In this document: positions 55,494 to 64,000 of the stretch, one piece after another | How the letters are laid out: the number at the start of each line of letters is the position of its first letter | How positions within the stretch are numbered: position 1 is the first letter of the stretch | From: an uncultured Gammaproteobacteria bacterium | Lineage (GTDB): Bacteria > Patescibacteriota > Microgenomatia > UBA8517 | Direction of reading: 5' to 3' | DNA length: 64,000 nt | Assembly (NCBI GenBank): GCA_964488535.1 | Contig: CAZAUT010000003.1 | Location: 2,232 to 66,231, forward strand | Notes under the pieces: model-generated | What the model was told of the DNA's origin: nothing | What the model saw: only the letters and a program-made list of their open reading frames with translations | Databases searched by the model: none | Position numbers and translations under genes: made by a program

Positions 55494-57815
55494 ATGGGTT
55501 ACTGCCAAACCCGAAAACCAAATGTTAAACAATTTTCAAAATTAGCAAAAAAAGGCCTCAAATTCTTGAAAGGCCTTGTGCTTTTGGTCGGCAAACCGTT
55601 CTACCTTATTTTCCTGCTTCTTCTTACCGTTCTAAATTCCGTTCTAAATTTCGCGTTTTCAAGAAAGTATAACAATTATAATCGTTATAATAATTATAAT
55701 TTTTATATTAAACTCCTTCTTACCTCTTCTACTCTTCTACTCTTCTACTCTTCTACTCTTTCTGGTCTTCCTTCCCCCAAAACCCTCTCTACAACCCATC
55801 CTCCTCTTTCGACAAAGATCTATGATAGGGACGGCTTTTTGCTTTATACAATTTACGATAATGAAAACAGGTCGCTTGTTTCAATTAAAGACATACCCGC
55901 CCATCTGATTCTGGCTACTCTGGCAATCGAAGATAACGAGTTCTACAAACATCCCGGTTTTTCTGCAAAGGGAATACTCCGTGCCCTATCGAAAAATATC
56001 AGTGACGGTACAATGTACGGAGGTTCAACAATTACCCAGCAGCTCGTTAAAAATACACTTCTTTCTTCCGAAAAAAGTATCGAAAGAAAAATAAAGGAAC
56101 TTTTTCTGGCTATAGAGATCGAACTTTTATACCCCAAAAACAGAATTCTTGAAATGTATCTCAACACGTCTCCTTACGGCGGTCCGGTATACGGCATCGG
56201 TCAGGCTGCAAGGGTTTATTTCGACAAAGATGTCGAAAAATTGTCGTTGGCAGAATCGGCTTTTCTGGCGGGTATTCCAAAAAGTCCCAATATATATTCG
56301 CCGTTTATCGGTGATATCGATAGAGGACTGGAAAGACAAAAAGAAGTGCTTTCTCTCATGCTTTCAAATGGTTTCATAACTTCTGTTCAATTTGAAGAAG
56401 CAATGTCCGAAACACTTTCGTTCTCAGGCAATAAAATAAAAATATATTCTCCTCACTTTGTTATGTATGTAAAAGATCTTCTTGAAAAGGATTTCGGAAA
56501 GGATACTGTCTCCCGCGGAGGACTGGAGGTTACGACAACTCTTGATATAAATATCCAAAAGGCAGCCGAAAAAGTTGTATCCGAGGAAATTGCAAATCTC
56601 AAAAACCAGAAGGTCACAAACGCTGCGGTAATTGTTCTCAACCCAAAGAATGGAGATATTCTGGCAATGATCGGATCCGCGGATTATTTTAATAAGACAA
56701 ATAATGGCAATGTAAACGCCGTTCTTTCGCTTCGTCCTCCGGGTTCTTCAATTAAGGTTGTCAACTATGTATATGCTTTATCACACGGCTATACCGCTGC
56801 AACCGTTGTCGACGACTCCCCCGTCTCATATTCTTATTCCGGATCACCTCCCTACTCGCCGGTCAATTATGACAGAAAGTTTAAAGGAAAAATGACAGTC
56901 AGATCGGCGCTTGCACAGTCAAGGAATGTCCCTGCTGTTAAGATTCTTAATTCTTACGGAATCGAAAATATGATAGCCACGGGGAAGAGCATGGGTATCT
57001 CAACATGGGAAGAAAGCCAAAATTTCGGTCTTTCAATGACACTTGGAGGTGCAAATACAACTTTGTACGATCTTGCGGGTGTATACTCCGTCATTGCCAA
57101 TTACGGTGTAAAACCAAACATCAACCCGATTCTGTCTGTGAGGAACTACAACTCATTACTGCTTTCACAAAAGGCATGCGTCAGAAGCAATCATTCGGCG
57201 GTTTTACCGACTGTTCCGATACAAAAACTAAAAACTCTTGCAGATATTCCCCGTCTATCTCTCATATCACTCACAAGTGCATCATACTCGGCGGATTTTG
57301 AAAAAAATGATACCTGCAAAGTCAACTACGTCATAGATCCCAGAGTTGCGTTTATCATTACCGATATTCTAAAAGACAATAAGGCACGATCACCTGCATT
57401 CGGAGCAAACTCCCAGCTCACAATTAAAGACCATCCCGAGGTGGCAGTAAAAACCGGAACAAGTAATTCCATACGTGACAATGTCGCCATTGGTTATTCT
57501 CAAGATTATTTGGTGGCCGTGTGGGTGGGAAATAATGACAATTCGCCGATGAGTAATATTGCTTCCGGGGTTACCGGTGCAACGCCGATTTTTAATAAAA
57601 TAATGACAAAACTGCTTGAAAACGACGAAAGTAAGGATTGGGAAATCCCGTCAGGTTTGGTAAAACTGCCGGTTTGCACGTCCTTCAAAGTTCCCGACAG
57701 TGAAGAAATTATCGTCAAAAGATATGAGGAGTGGTTTTTGGAGGAAAATGTACCGAAAAATGTGTGTTTAAAAAAAACAACTAAACATTTGAAGGAAAGT
57801 GGGTTAATGCTCTGA
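55494..57815 (+). CDS. class A penicillin-binding protein, second copy, with in-frame repeat segments near the N-terminus
   Basis: EDNEFYKHPGFS, GGSTITQQLVKN, RPPGSSIKV and KTGTS. N-terminal YNNYNRYNNYNFY and SSTLLLFYSSTL are encoded by the aattataat and tcttctactc repeats. Confidence 0.85.
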   Translation: MGYCQTRKPNVKQFSKLAKKGLKFLKGLVLLVGKPFYLIFLLLLTVLNSVLNFAFSRKYNNYNRYNNYNFYIKLLLTSSTLLLFYSSTLSGLPSPKTLSTTHPPLSTKIYDRDGFLLYTIYDNENRSLVSIKDIPAHLILATLAIEDNEFYKHPGFSAKGILRALSKNISDGTMYGGSTITQQLVKNTLLSSEKSIERKIKELFLAIEIELLYPKNRILEMYLNTSPYGGPVYGIGQAARVYFDKDVEKLSLAESAFLAGIPKSPNIYSPFIGDIDRGLERQKEVLSLMLSNGFITSVQFEEAMSETLSFSGNKIKIYSPHFVMYVKDLLEKDFGKDTVSRGGLEVTTTLDINIQKAAEKVVSEEIANLKNQKVTNAAVIVLNPKNGDILAMIGSADYFNKTNNGNVNAVLSLRPPGSSIKVVNYVYALSHGYTAATVVDDSPVSYSYSGSPPYSPVNYDRKFKGKMTVRSALAQSRNVPAVKILNSYGIENMIATGKSMGISTWEESQNFGLSMTLGGANTTLYDLAGVYSVIANYGVKPNINPILSVRNYNSLLLSQKACVRSNHSAVLPTVPIQKLKTLADIPRLSLISLTSASYSADFEKNDTCKVNYVIDPRVAFIITDILKDNKARSPAFGANSQLTIKDHPEVAVKTGTSNSIRDNVAIGYSQDYLVAVWVGNNDNSPMSNIASGVTGATPIFNKIMTKLLENDESKDWEIPSGLVKLPVCTSFKVPDSEEIIVKRYEEWFLEENVPKNVCLKKTTKHLKESGLML

Positions 57816-57955
57816 TTTCTATTACTTTATCGCGAATCGCCCTAATTGTAATATCTCCCGCAATTTACGGTAGCTGTAAATCATGTTGCGAAGGTACCTT
57901 TTGAAAAACGGATGAAAGACTACGAACTGCCTCACGTGGTGTGATTTTTATTCTT

Positions 57956-59038
57956 TCATTTCCCATTGACTGCATCATAAACAATTTTTGACAATTCTGC
58001 AAATGCCTTGTCTGCTTCGTCTAGATCGGCATCTTTGCTCATAATCACAACAATATAGGGATTGTCTGCATATACAATTCCTGCATCATTGACCACTCCC
58101 GTTTCCCTACCGTATTTGTGGGCAATTTTAATTTTCGAAGGTAATCCCGCCGGAAGATGGTTTTCATACTTCGTATCCGTCAAATACGACAGTAGTTCGG
58201 TGGTATTTTTGTTGTTTAACAATTTACCTTCCCACAATTTTCGGAAAAATAACCCCACATCATAAGGTGTTGTTTCATTTGTATCGACACTCGTATCAAC
58301 CATACCAATATCATTAATTATTTCGTTCACTCTTTCCTCACCTAAAATTTTTACGCAAATATTAAAGGCTGTGTTGTCCGACTCCTTACCCATCAAACGG
58401 ATTAGTTCGCGGTAAGAAAGTTCGTACCCTGCCGGTTTATAATAAAGTGAACCTGACCCTTCAGCTTTATCTTCCTTTTTCAATTTATATAACGTTTTTA
58501 AATCCAGATTTTGTCTCTCTTCCTCGATATACATTCCTGCCATGACCGGAAGTTTTATCAGCGAAGCTGCCTGAAACATCTCTTTTTCTCTTACTCCGAA
58601 TTCATAAGAATCGTTGCCGTCTAAAACATAAACAAAAAGTCCGTATTCTCCCTGAAGCGGATCGGTATGTTTTATAAATTCTTCAACTGCACGGACGGAT
58701 ATGTTTTTTTCATTCCTCTTTCCGATTTCCACTGTCCTTTTTACCGATAAATCAATTTTGGGAAGTTTCAGGGCAAAGGGATTGTTTACCAATAATCCGC
58801 GTGAACGCGCAGAAAAATACAAAGACAGCCCAAATGTGAATACTATCAGAAAAAAAATTATTACTCTGTCAAGTGTTTTCCATGGACGTATAGGCTCCTT
58901 TCTCCTCCTTTTATTTTCAGGCTTCAGATCCTTGATTTTTTTTACCTTTAGGTTTTTCTCTTCCTGCTTTTCTTGCGCACTTTCGTCTTCTTTATTATCT
59001 TTAAGCTTAGTATTTTTATTTTTTCCGAATATTCCCAT
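57956..59038 (-). CDS. membrane-anchored class A beta-lactamase-like serine hydrolase
   Basis: Lys-rich N-terminus plus a TM helix, then AASLIKL (SxxK), ESDNTAF (SDN) and HKYG (KxG-like). Confidence 0.5.
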   Translation of the reverse strand: MGIFGKNKNTKLKDNKEDESAQEKQEEKNLKVKKIKDLKPENKRRRKEPIRPWKTLDRVIIFFLIVFTFGLSLYFSARSRGLLVNNPFALKLPKIDLSVKRTVEIGKRNEKNISVRAVEEFIKHTDPLQGEYGLFVYVLDGNDSYEFGVREKEMFQAASLIKLPVMAGMYIEEERQNLDLKTLYKLKKEDKAEGSGSLYYKPAGYELSYRELIRLMGKESDNTAFNICVKILGEERVNEIINDIGMVDTSVDTNETTPYDVGLFFRKLWEGKLLNNKNTTELLSYLTDTKYENHLPAGLPSKIKIAHKYGRETGVVNDAGIVYADNPYIVVIMSKDADLDEADKAFAELSKIVYDAVNGK

Positions 59039-59088
59039 AAAGAAATTATATGTTAATTATTAAATTATTAAATTATTAAATTATTTAT

Positions 59089-59556
59089 GTGATTGTTCCG
59101 AAAGTGAAAATTCTCCACACTTCAAGATACATATTGACACACGCTAATTTACAGAATATATTTGTGCCAATTACTATGAGTCCATTTTTTGAAATCGAAG
59201 GTGATATTAAAACCTATTATGATGACAGCCCGCAGGGAAGTCGCCGGCAAGTGGTTTTAACAAGAAGATCCCGATTATATCAAGGTGACGTTGTCGACTT
59301 GTTTCAGTTTGAAGGCATTCTCAGACCACAAGTGGCTGCTGTACATGTAGTAGATGATAATAATTTAAAAATTGTAAGATTCCCAACAGAAGACTTAAGA
59401 TTAGAAGAAGAAAGTTTGGATATGCAGAACTTTGAAGCTCCAGTGCGACGCGTATTTCCCATTGAAAGAAGAGTTTCCAGAGAAAGTGTAATACTTACCA
59501 ATCGGAAAATAACCGAAATTCACGCGGTAATTTACGAAGAAAAAGAAGAAAAATAA
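59089..59556 (+). CDS. hypothetical protein
   Basis: 155-aa ORF with no recognisable motif. Confidence 0.3.
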   Translation: MIVPKVKILHTSRYILTHANLQNIFVPITMSPFFEIEGDIKTYYDDSPQGSRRQVVLTRRSRLYQGDVVDLFQFEGILRPQVAAVHVVDDNNLKIVRFPTEDLRLEEESLDMQNFEAPVRRVFPIERRVSRESVILTNRKITEIHAVIYEEKEEK

Positions 59557-59617
59557 CAAATACCCCCATATTTCTTCTTTTACCACAAAAAAACTTAATA
59601 TTAAAAATCGCTTAATT

Positions 59618-60604
59618 TTAGCTTCTGCGGGAGTCCCAAATCTCGGGATTTACCAAGTTCTCCGGCTTTTCACCGCTAGCGGTTTTGAGTATCGCATCAA
59701 CCGCCAACTGTCCCATTTTCTCTCTGGCCTCAAAGGTAGCCGAGGCAATATGGGGAGTTAATATTACATTCTCCATTCCGATAAGCTCCGGATTAATGTT
59801 CGGCTCCGTTTCAAAAACGTCCAAGCCCGCTCCCCCGACCTTACCTTCACGAAGCCCGTCAACAAGCGCGTGCTCATCAACGATTGGGCCTCGGGCAGTA
59901 TTAACAATAATAACACCGTGCTTCATTTTTCCGATTGCGTCACGGCCGATCATTCCTCTTGTTTCGTCAGTTAGGGGAACATGTACGGAAATAAAATCCG
60001 ATTCGCTATAAAGCCGATCCAAATCCGCAAACTCTATTCCGAATTCTTTCTCTGCTTCTGAGTCGGGAGATCTTTTGTTATACAAAACCCTCATATCAAA
60101 TCCTTTTACTCTTTTGGCAGCCATCGTCCCAATTCTCCCGAGACCGATTATTCCCAACGTCTTTCCCTTCAACGCACGCCCAAGAAAAATATTAGGTTCC
60201 CACCCGCGGTAACTTCCTCTTTTGGTTGACTCGTCCGCCTCGACTATTCTTCTGGCAAGAGATAGCATCAAAGTTACCGCGTGTTCGGCAACGGCTTCGT
60301 TGACTTCGTCGCAAGGGGTATTTGCAATCAAAACATTTCTGTCGGTTGCGTCTTTGACGGTGATATTGTCAAATCCAACCGCATAATTACTGAATATCTT
60401 TACTTGGGGGCCAATTGCATCAATCACATCCCCATTTATCTTATCCGTCAGAAAAGACAAAACCGCATCCATTCCCCTCGCACGTTCCAGAAACTCCTCC
60501 GGTTCCAGAGGTCTGTCATGTTCACAAACATAAACCTCGTTTCCCGAATTTATCAAGCGGTCAAGATGTGTTCCCGGAAATTTTCTTGAAACAAAAATTC
60601 GCAT
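59618..60604 (-). CDS. D-isomer-specific 2-hydroxyacid dehydrogenase (glyoxylate / hydroxypyruvate reductase family)
   Basis: NAD-binding GIIGLGRIGTMAAKR plus a catalytic-domain pattern including HIASAT. Confidence 0.8.
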   Translation of the reverse strand: MRIFVSRKFPGTHLDRLINSGNEVYVCEHDRPLEPEEFLERARGMDAVLSFLTDKINGDVIDAIGPQVKIFSNYAVGFDNITVKDATDRNVLIANTPCDEVNEAVAEHAVTLMLSLARRIVEADESTKRGSYRGWEPNIFLGRALKGKTLGIIGLGRIGTMAAKRVKGFDMRVLYNKRSPDSEAEKEFGIEFADLDRLYSESDFISVHVPLTDETRGMIGRDAIGKMKHGVIIVNTARGPIVDEHALVDGLREGKVGGAGLDVFETEPNINPELIGMENVILTPHIASATFEAREKMGQLAVDAILKTASGEKPENLVNPEIWDSRRS

Positions 60605-60639
60605 AAAAGTTTATTAAGTTGACTGAGTTAATTAAGAAA

Positions 60640-61002
60640 TTAAGTTGATTTTTTTATTGTCAAGATATTACTGTTGATTCCCTTAGCCAAACCACCATAT
60701 TCATGGTCCATATTTTGAAAATTCACTTTATCAATATATCCTAAACCGAGTGCTATTGACAAGTGGCTTTGGGTTTCAAAACATTCTCCACGGGGAACAT
60801 ATAACGATCTGACTTTATCCTTATAGTAATATCTTCCATAAGCTTCCGCAATTCCGGCAGTAACTCCGTTTGCCGAACTTCTAGTTTGACTTATTAAGTT
60901 GTATTTTTCTTCTTTTGGATAGGTTGAAGTAATTTTGTAAATTTCTACCTCCAACTCGTATGCCTCCCTCCAAATATTTAAGTCCCTAAAACTACCAACC
61001 AT
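60640..61002 (-). CDS. four-helix-bundle protein (Avd / 23S rRNA IVS family)
   Basis: LNIWREAYELEVEIYK..YPKEE..GIAEAYGRYYYKDK. Confidence 0.75.
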   Translation of the reverse strand: MVGSFRDLNIWREAYELEVEIYKITSTYPKEEKYNLISQTRSSANGVTAGIAEAYGRYYYKDKVRSLYVPRGECFETQSHLSIALGLGYIDKVNFQNMDHEYGGLAKGINSNILTIKKST

Positions 61003-61098
61003 AAATATTCATTTAGTTAACCAATTATGTAAATCAACTGAAAATCCCAATCTGCTTGTTTTACTTAATTTACTTAGTTAACCAATTATCGTAATTAA

Positions 61099-62091
61099 CT
61101 ATATCTCCCCCACCCCCACCCCGCAACTTCCCGCCCGATCCAGCCATTCTTGCATTTTTTCTTCTGTCAAAAGACCTTTTTGCGCCCCGACATATCCGAT
61201 AACCGAGGCGGAATTTACCGTTCCCCATACAAGCGCTTCAGAAATATCCTTCCCCTTAATAAGGGCGGAAAGACATCCCGAACCAAAAGCGTCTCCAGCC
61301 CCCGTTCGCTCGTACGCATCAACCGGCATAACGTCCGATTTAAAATATTTTCCTTCATACTTCGCAAATGCGCCATTTGGTCCGTCGGTAATCACTGGTA
61401 CTTTCGGACCCAAAGAAGACACTCTGTCCAGAAGTTCTTTTTCCTTCCCTCTGCTTTCGTCAAACCCGGAAATCTTTTCCGCTTCTTCACGATTGATGTA
61501 AACCATGTAAGAAATCTCCAAAACATTTTTTATCTTTTCTACACCCGCCCTGATCTGCCGGCTACCCGGATTGAATACTACTTTTATATCAGGTTTATCT
61601 TTAATGTTTCTGACGATCTTTTCGTAAGTGTCTTCAAAATCACTCCCCATTGAAGTTAAATAAATCCAAGAGACATTGGGGAACTCAACAGGTAATTGAT
61701 AATCAATTTCATCTTTATAGGTAAATATTGTTCTTTCTCCCGAATAATTGATTGCCAGTGAATAATTTGACCTTTTGTCCTTTGCCCGATAAACGAACGA
61801 TGTGTCAACACCGTCTTTGATAAGTTTTTCAACTATCTGGTTTCCGATATCATCATCTCCCAGAGTCAGCAGAGGTGCGCTTTTTATTCCTAACCGCCTT
61901 GTTCCAACCGCATTATTTGCAGCATTTCCTCCTATGGAAAATTCCAGCTCCTTAACCGGAATCTTGTCGCCGTAAGAAAAACATATAAGGCAGTCCTTAT
62001 CGTTTGTCTGGCATAGCGCCTCGCTTTCGGTTGGAAAAATGAAAGCGTCCAAAGACGCATCGCCAATGGTTAATAGGTCAATATTACTCAT
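61099..62091 (-). CDS. PfkB-family carbohydrate kinase (ribokinase / phosphofructokinase-like)
   Basis: GGNAANNAV and the anion-hole motif TGAGDAFGSG. It overlaps the aldolase gene by 4 nt. Confidence 0.75.
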   Translation of the reverse strand: MSNIDLLTIGDASLDAFIFPTESEALCQTNDKDCLICFSYGDKIPVKELEFSIGGNAANNAVGTRRLGIKSAPLLTLGDDDIGNQIVEKLIKDGVDTSFVYRAKDKRSNYSLAINYSGERTIFTYKDEIDYQLPVEFPNVSWIYLTSMGSDFEDTYEKIVRNIKDKPDIKVVFNPGSRQIRAGVEKIKNVLEISYMVYINREEAEKISGFDESRGKEKELLDRVSSLGPKVPVITDGPNGAFAKYEGKYFKSDVMPVDAYERTGAGDAFGSGCLSALIKGKDISEALVWGTVNSASVIGYVGAQKGLLTEEKMQEWLDRAGSCGVGVGEI

Positions 62092-63461
62092 GTTTTACAA
62101 AAATCATCGATACTTTTATGAACATCGGGCATGTCAATCTTACCTAAAACAAGTTCTTTGGTATTACCTACATTCAAACATCCGAACAAAAATTCAAACT
62201 TCTGTTCGAGTGTTTTTCTTATCTCAGACCTGCTTCCGCCGTCAATTTCCCAAATTTCTTTTTTGAATTTTCCCAGCGCTTTTTTTCTCATTTTATAATG
62301 AAACTGTTCGACACTTTCCCCCTCTTTCTTTTCACTGCCCTCTTCGGTATCAATCCAGGAGTACATCTTCTCAAGAAGATCCTTCGGAAAAGAATCGTGG
62401 TCAAGTAAAAGGTTCTGAAACCCCGTGGCGAGATGAATCTCCAATGTTTCGGACAGCGGAAATTGCGAAAACAAGTTGTCCGGAAGGGTTGATGCCCCAT
62501 GCTGGACAGCACCCCCCATGCCATAAACATTCCTGGCGACTCTTGATATATCAGTTAACACTCCGAAGTCAACTTTCACATCGGCAAGGGATCCGTTAGG
62601 CAGAACAACGCCTCCATGGTGCGTCCCTGTCTGGACGCTAACTTTGCTCAAAGCGCTGTCCGTACCCCACTTTTCCAGAAGCCCGTCCATATAAACTCTG
62701 AAGTCTTCAACCGTCGAATTTTTACCGCCAATATGGCCAATCTCTCCACCAATCGAAATTACGACACCAGAAGGCTGCCCACTTCGGATAAATTTGCCCA
62801 CTTCCAAAGTCGAGAGTATATTAGGTTGCTGCTGTAATTGCACACTCTCTTTTTCAGTGTCAACAAGGGTTGACATGTCAATATCGATATTGTAAAAACC
62901 GGCATCTATAGCCTCTTGTGTTAACTTTTTAATTGCTTCCGTTTCGCCTTCGGCCGGAACCCCGGGCGACGCAGCTTTTGCCTGAAAATGATCACCCTGA
63001 ATAAATACCGGACCTTTATATCCTTCTTTTATAGCTGCACCGAGAATAACTGATGAAAATTCCTCCGGTCGTTGACCGGTATAACCTATCTCGCTTCTGG
63101 CTATCTCGACAATAAATGCACACGAATTTAATTTAGAGGCAACCTTGAAAACCGCGCGGGCGGTGTCATATGCCATCACTCTTATATTTATCGCCGGCAC
63201 TGTAAAATCATGCGCCACCTCACCCTTACCTCTTGCCATATACAGATTGTTTATCGACGACGGTTTAATACCCAGCGATTGCGCAATTTCCCAAATTAAA
63301 AACCTCGTAAACTTTTTCTCCTCCGTTTTTCCAAAAACAGATATCCAGACCAATCTGTCCCATTTGTCACTCTGTAAAAATGAATGGTTTATAACCAGTA
63401 TCCCGTTCGAAGTAATTTCAATATTGCCGGAAATTATTTCACTTATTTCTTCATTGTCCAT
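62088..63461 (-). CDS. class II (metal-dependent) fructose / ketose-bisphosphate aldolase family protein
   Basis: FIQGDH, IGGEIGHIGG, THHGG and VQHGAST, matching the class II aldolase His/Glu pattern. Confidence 0.6.
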   Translation of the reverse strand: MDNEEISEIISGNIEITSNGILVINHSFLQSDKWDRLVWISVFGKTEEKKFTRFLIWEIAQSLGIKPSSINNLYMARGKGEVAHDFTVPAINIRVMAYDTARAVFKVASKLNSCAFIVEIARSEIGYTGQRPEEFSSVILGAAIKEGYKGPVFIQGDHFQAKAASPGVPAEGETEAIKKLTQEAIDAGFYNIDIDMSTLVDTEKESVQLQQQPNILSTLEVGKFIRSGQPSGVVISIGGEIGHIGGKNSTVEDFRVYMDGLLEKWGTDSALSKVSVQTGTHHGGVVLPNGSLADVKVDFGVLTDISRVARNVYGMGGAVQHGASTLPDNLFSQFPLSETLEIHLATGFQNLLLDHDSFPKDLLEKMYSWIDTEEGSEKKEGESVEQFHYKMRKKALGKFKKEIWEIDGGSRSEIRKTLEQKFEFLFGCLNVGNTKELVLGKIDMPDVHKSIDDFCKT

Positions 63462-63469
63462 ATTAAAAT

Positions 63470-63545
63470 CAGAGTATAAGAGTATAAGTAAAGCATAACT
63501 TTTGTTAAAATACTTCTACTCTCCCGCTCTTATACTCTATTCAAT
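63470..63545. repeat. inverted repeat, gagtataagag ... ctcttatactc
   Basis: agagtataagagtataagtaaagc ... ctactctcccgctcttatactc. Confidence 0.55.
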
Positions 63546-63599
63546 CTACCATTTAATTCTTGCAACGGCAAGGATTTTCCTGCATACTGAATGTACAAT

Positions 63600-64000
63600 T
63601 ATGAAACAAAAAACCGACCCCGCATCCGATTCGCTCATAAGCGGAATTAATCCTCCAGCCGAGGCCCCTTCTGCGGAGTCCGGTATACCTCCGGCTCCTG
63701 CACCAATTGACCTGCCGGTATCACCGTCTTCCCAGCCGTCGACAACCGTCCAGGACAGCCAACAGATGCCGGCGCCTGCACCGCAAAACATGAATGAGCA
63801 TCCTTATTCCGGTTTTCAGACCCAAAGCGTACAAAATCAGGCTCCTTCCGGCCAAATCTTCACACCCACACAGGTTCAGACAGCGGAAACGCCTTTCATT
63901 CAACCGCCTGCCGTTCAGACTCCCGATCCCATACAAACCCAAAACATACCTCAAAATACATCACCTTTTGATCCGCCCCCGGCCCCGCCACAAGCACCAC
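63600..64000 (+). CDS. partial (5') ORF encoding a Pro/Gln/Ala-rich low-complexity protein, running off the window
   Basis: ATG at 63600 opens MKQKTDPASDSLISGINPPAEAPSAESGIPPAPAPIDLP... There is no stop before position 64000, and local GC is elevated by Pro and Ala codons. Confidence 0.4.

Noticed and set aside
63546-63954. Two minus-strand ORFs (63546..63791, 63721..63954) at the window end
   Set aside because: They are antisense to a long stop-free Pro/Gln-rich reading frame on the plus strand that starts with ATG at 63600. The high GC here produces spurious antisense ORFs.

Overview
This is a 64-kb AT-rich (~38-40% GC) bacterial chromosomal segment with small, densely packed genes. Its content points to a CPR/Patescibacteria-like genome, which is my inference and not a verified assignment. 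The evidence is six four-helix-bundle (Avd / 23S-rRNA-IVS family) genes, DUF5654/DUF5667-type small proteins, a tRNA-Ile(UAU), class II RNRs and little biosynthesis. I had no homology search available, so every call rests on motif recognition by eye.

Housekeeping genes recognised:
- pcm.
- A Ca2+ P-type ATPase next to a CaCA exchanger.
- ATP-dependent DNA ligase, recF, fpg and a PolI-type 5'-3' exonuclease.
- RNase P RNA (candidate).
- ftsH, a CsaA-like tRNA-binding protein, and trpS with an extra N-terminal YbaK-like domain.
- tRNA-Met and tmRNA.
- An FtsB-like protein and a tyrosine recombinase.
- A tRNA-Ile(UAU) cluster and a UDP-glucose dehydrogenase-like protein.
- nrdR followed by three tandem nrdJ paralogues and a PduO-type adenosyltransferase.
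- Two class A PBPs flanking three paralogous membrane-anchored unknowns, and a beta-lactamase-like hydrolase.
- A 2-hydroxyacid dehydrogenase, pfkB and a class II aldolase.

Accessory and unusual content:
- A possible island between ssrA and the tRNA-Ile cluster: recombinase, VirD4/TraD-like coupling ATPase, vapBC, and two small Cys-rich genes with near-identical promoters and duplicated flanks.
- A HEPN-like protein next to a CPBP protease.
- A Fic protein.

The most striking sequence-level observations:
- A short imperfect-palindromic element (core CCTTCG..GTAGCCTTG.GCGAAGG) inserted in-frame in at least four conserved genes and also present intergenically.
- Families of period 7-9 tandem repeats, often arranged as inverted repeats, that fill intergenic regions and also sit in-frame inside recF, ligase, fpg, yjeF-C, the 5'-3' exonuclease and a PBP.
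- Conserved ~90-nt noncoding elements upstream of three minus-strand genes.
- Truncated 5' copies of tRNA-Met, tmRNA and tRNA-Ile immediately upstream of the intact genes, including a nested split tRNA arrangement.
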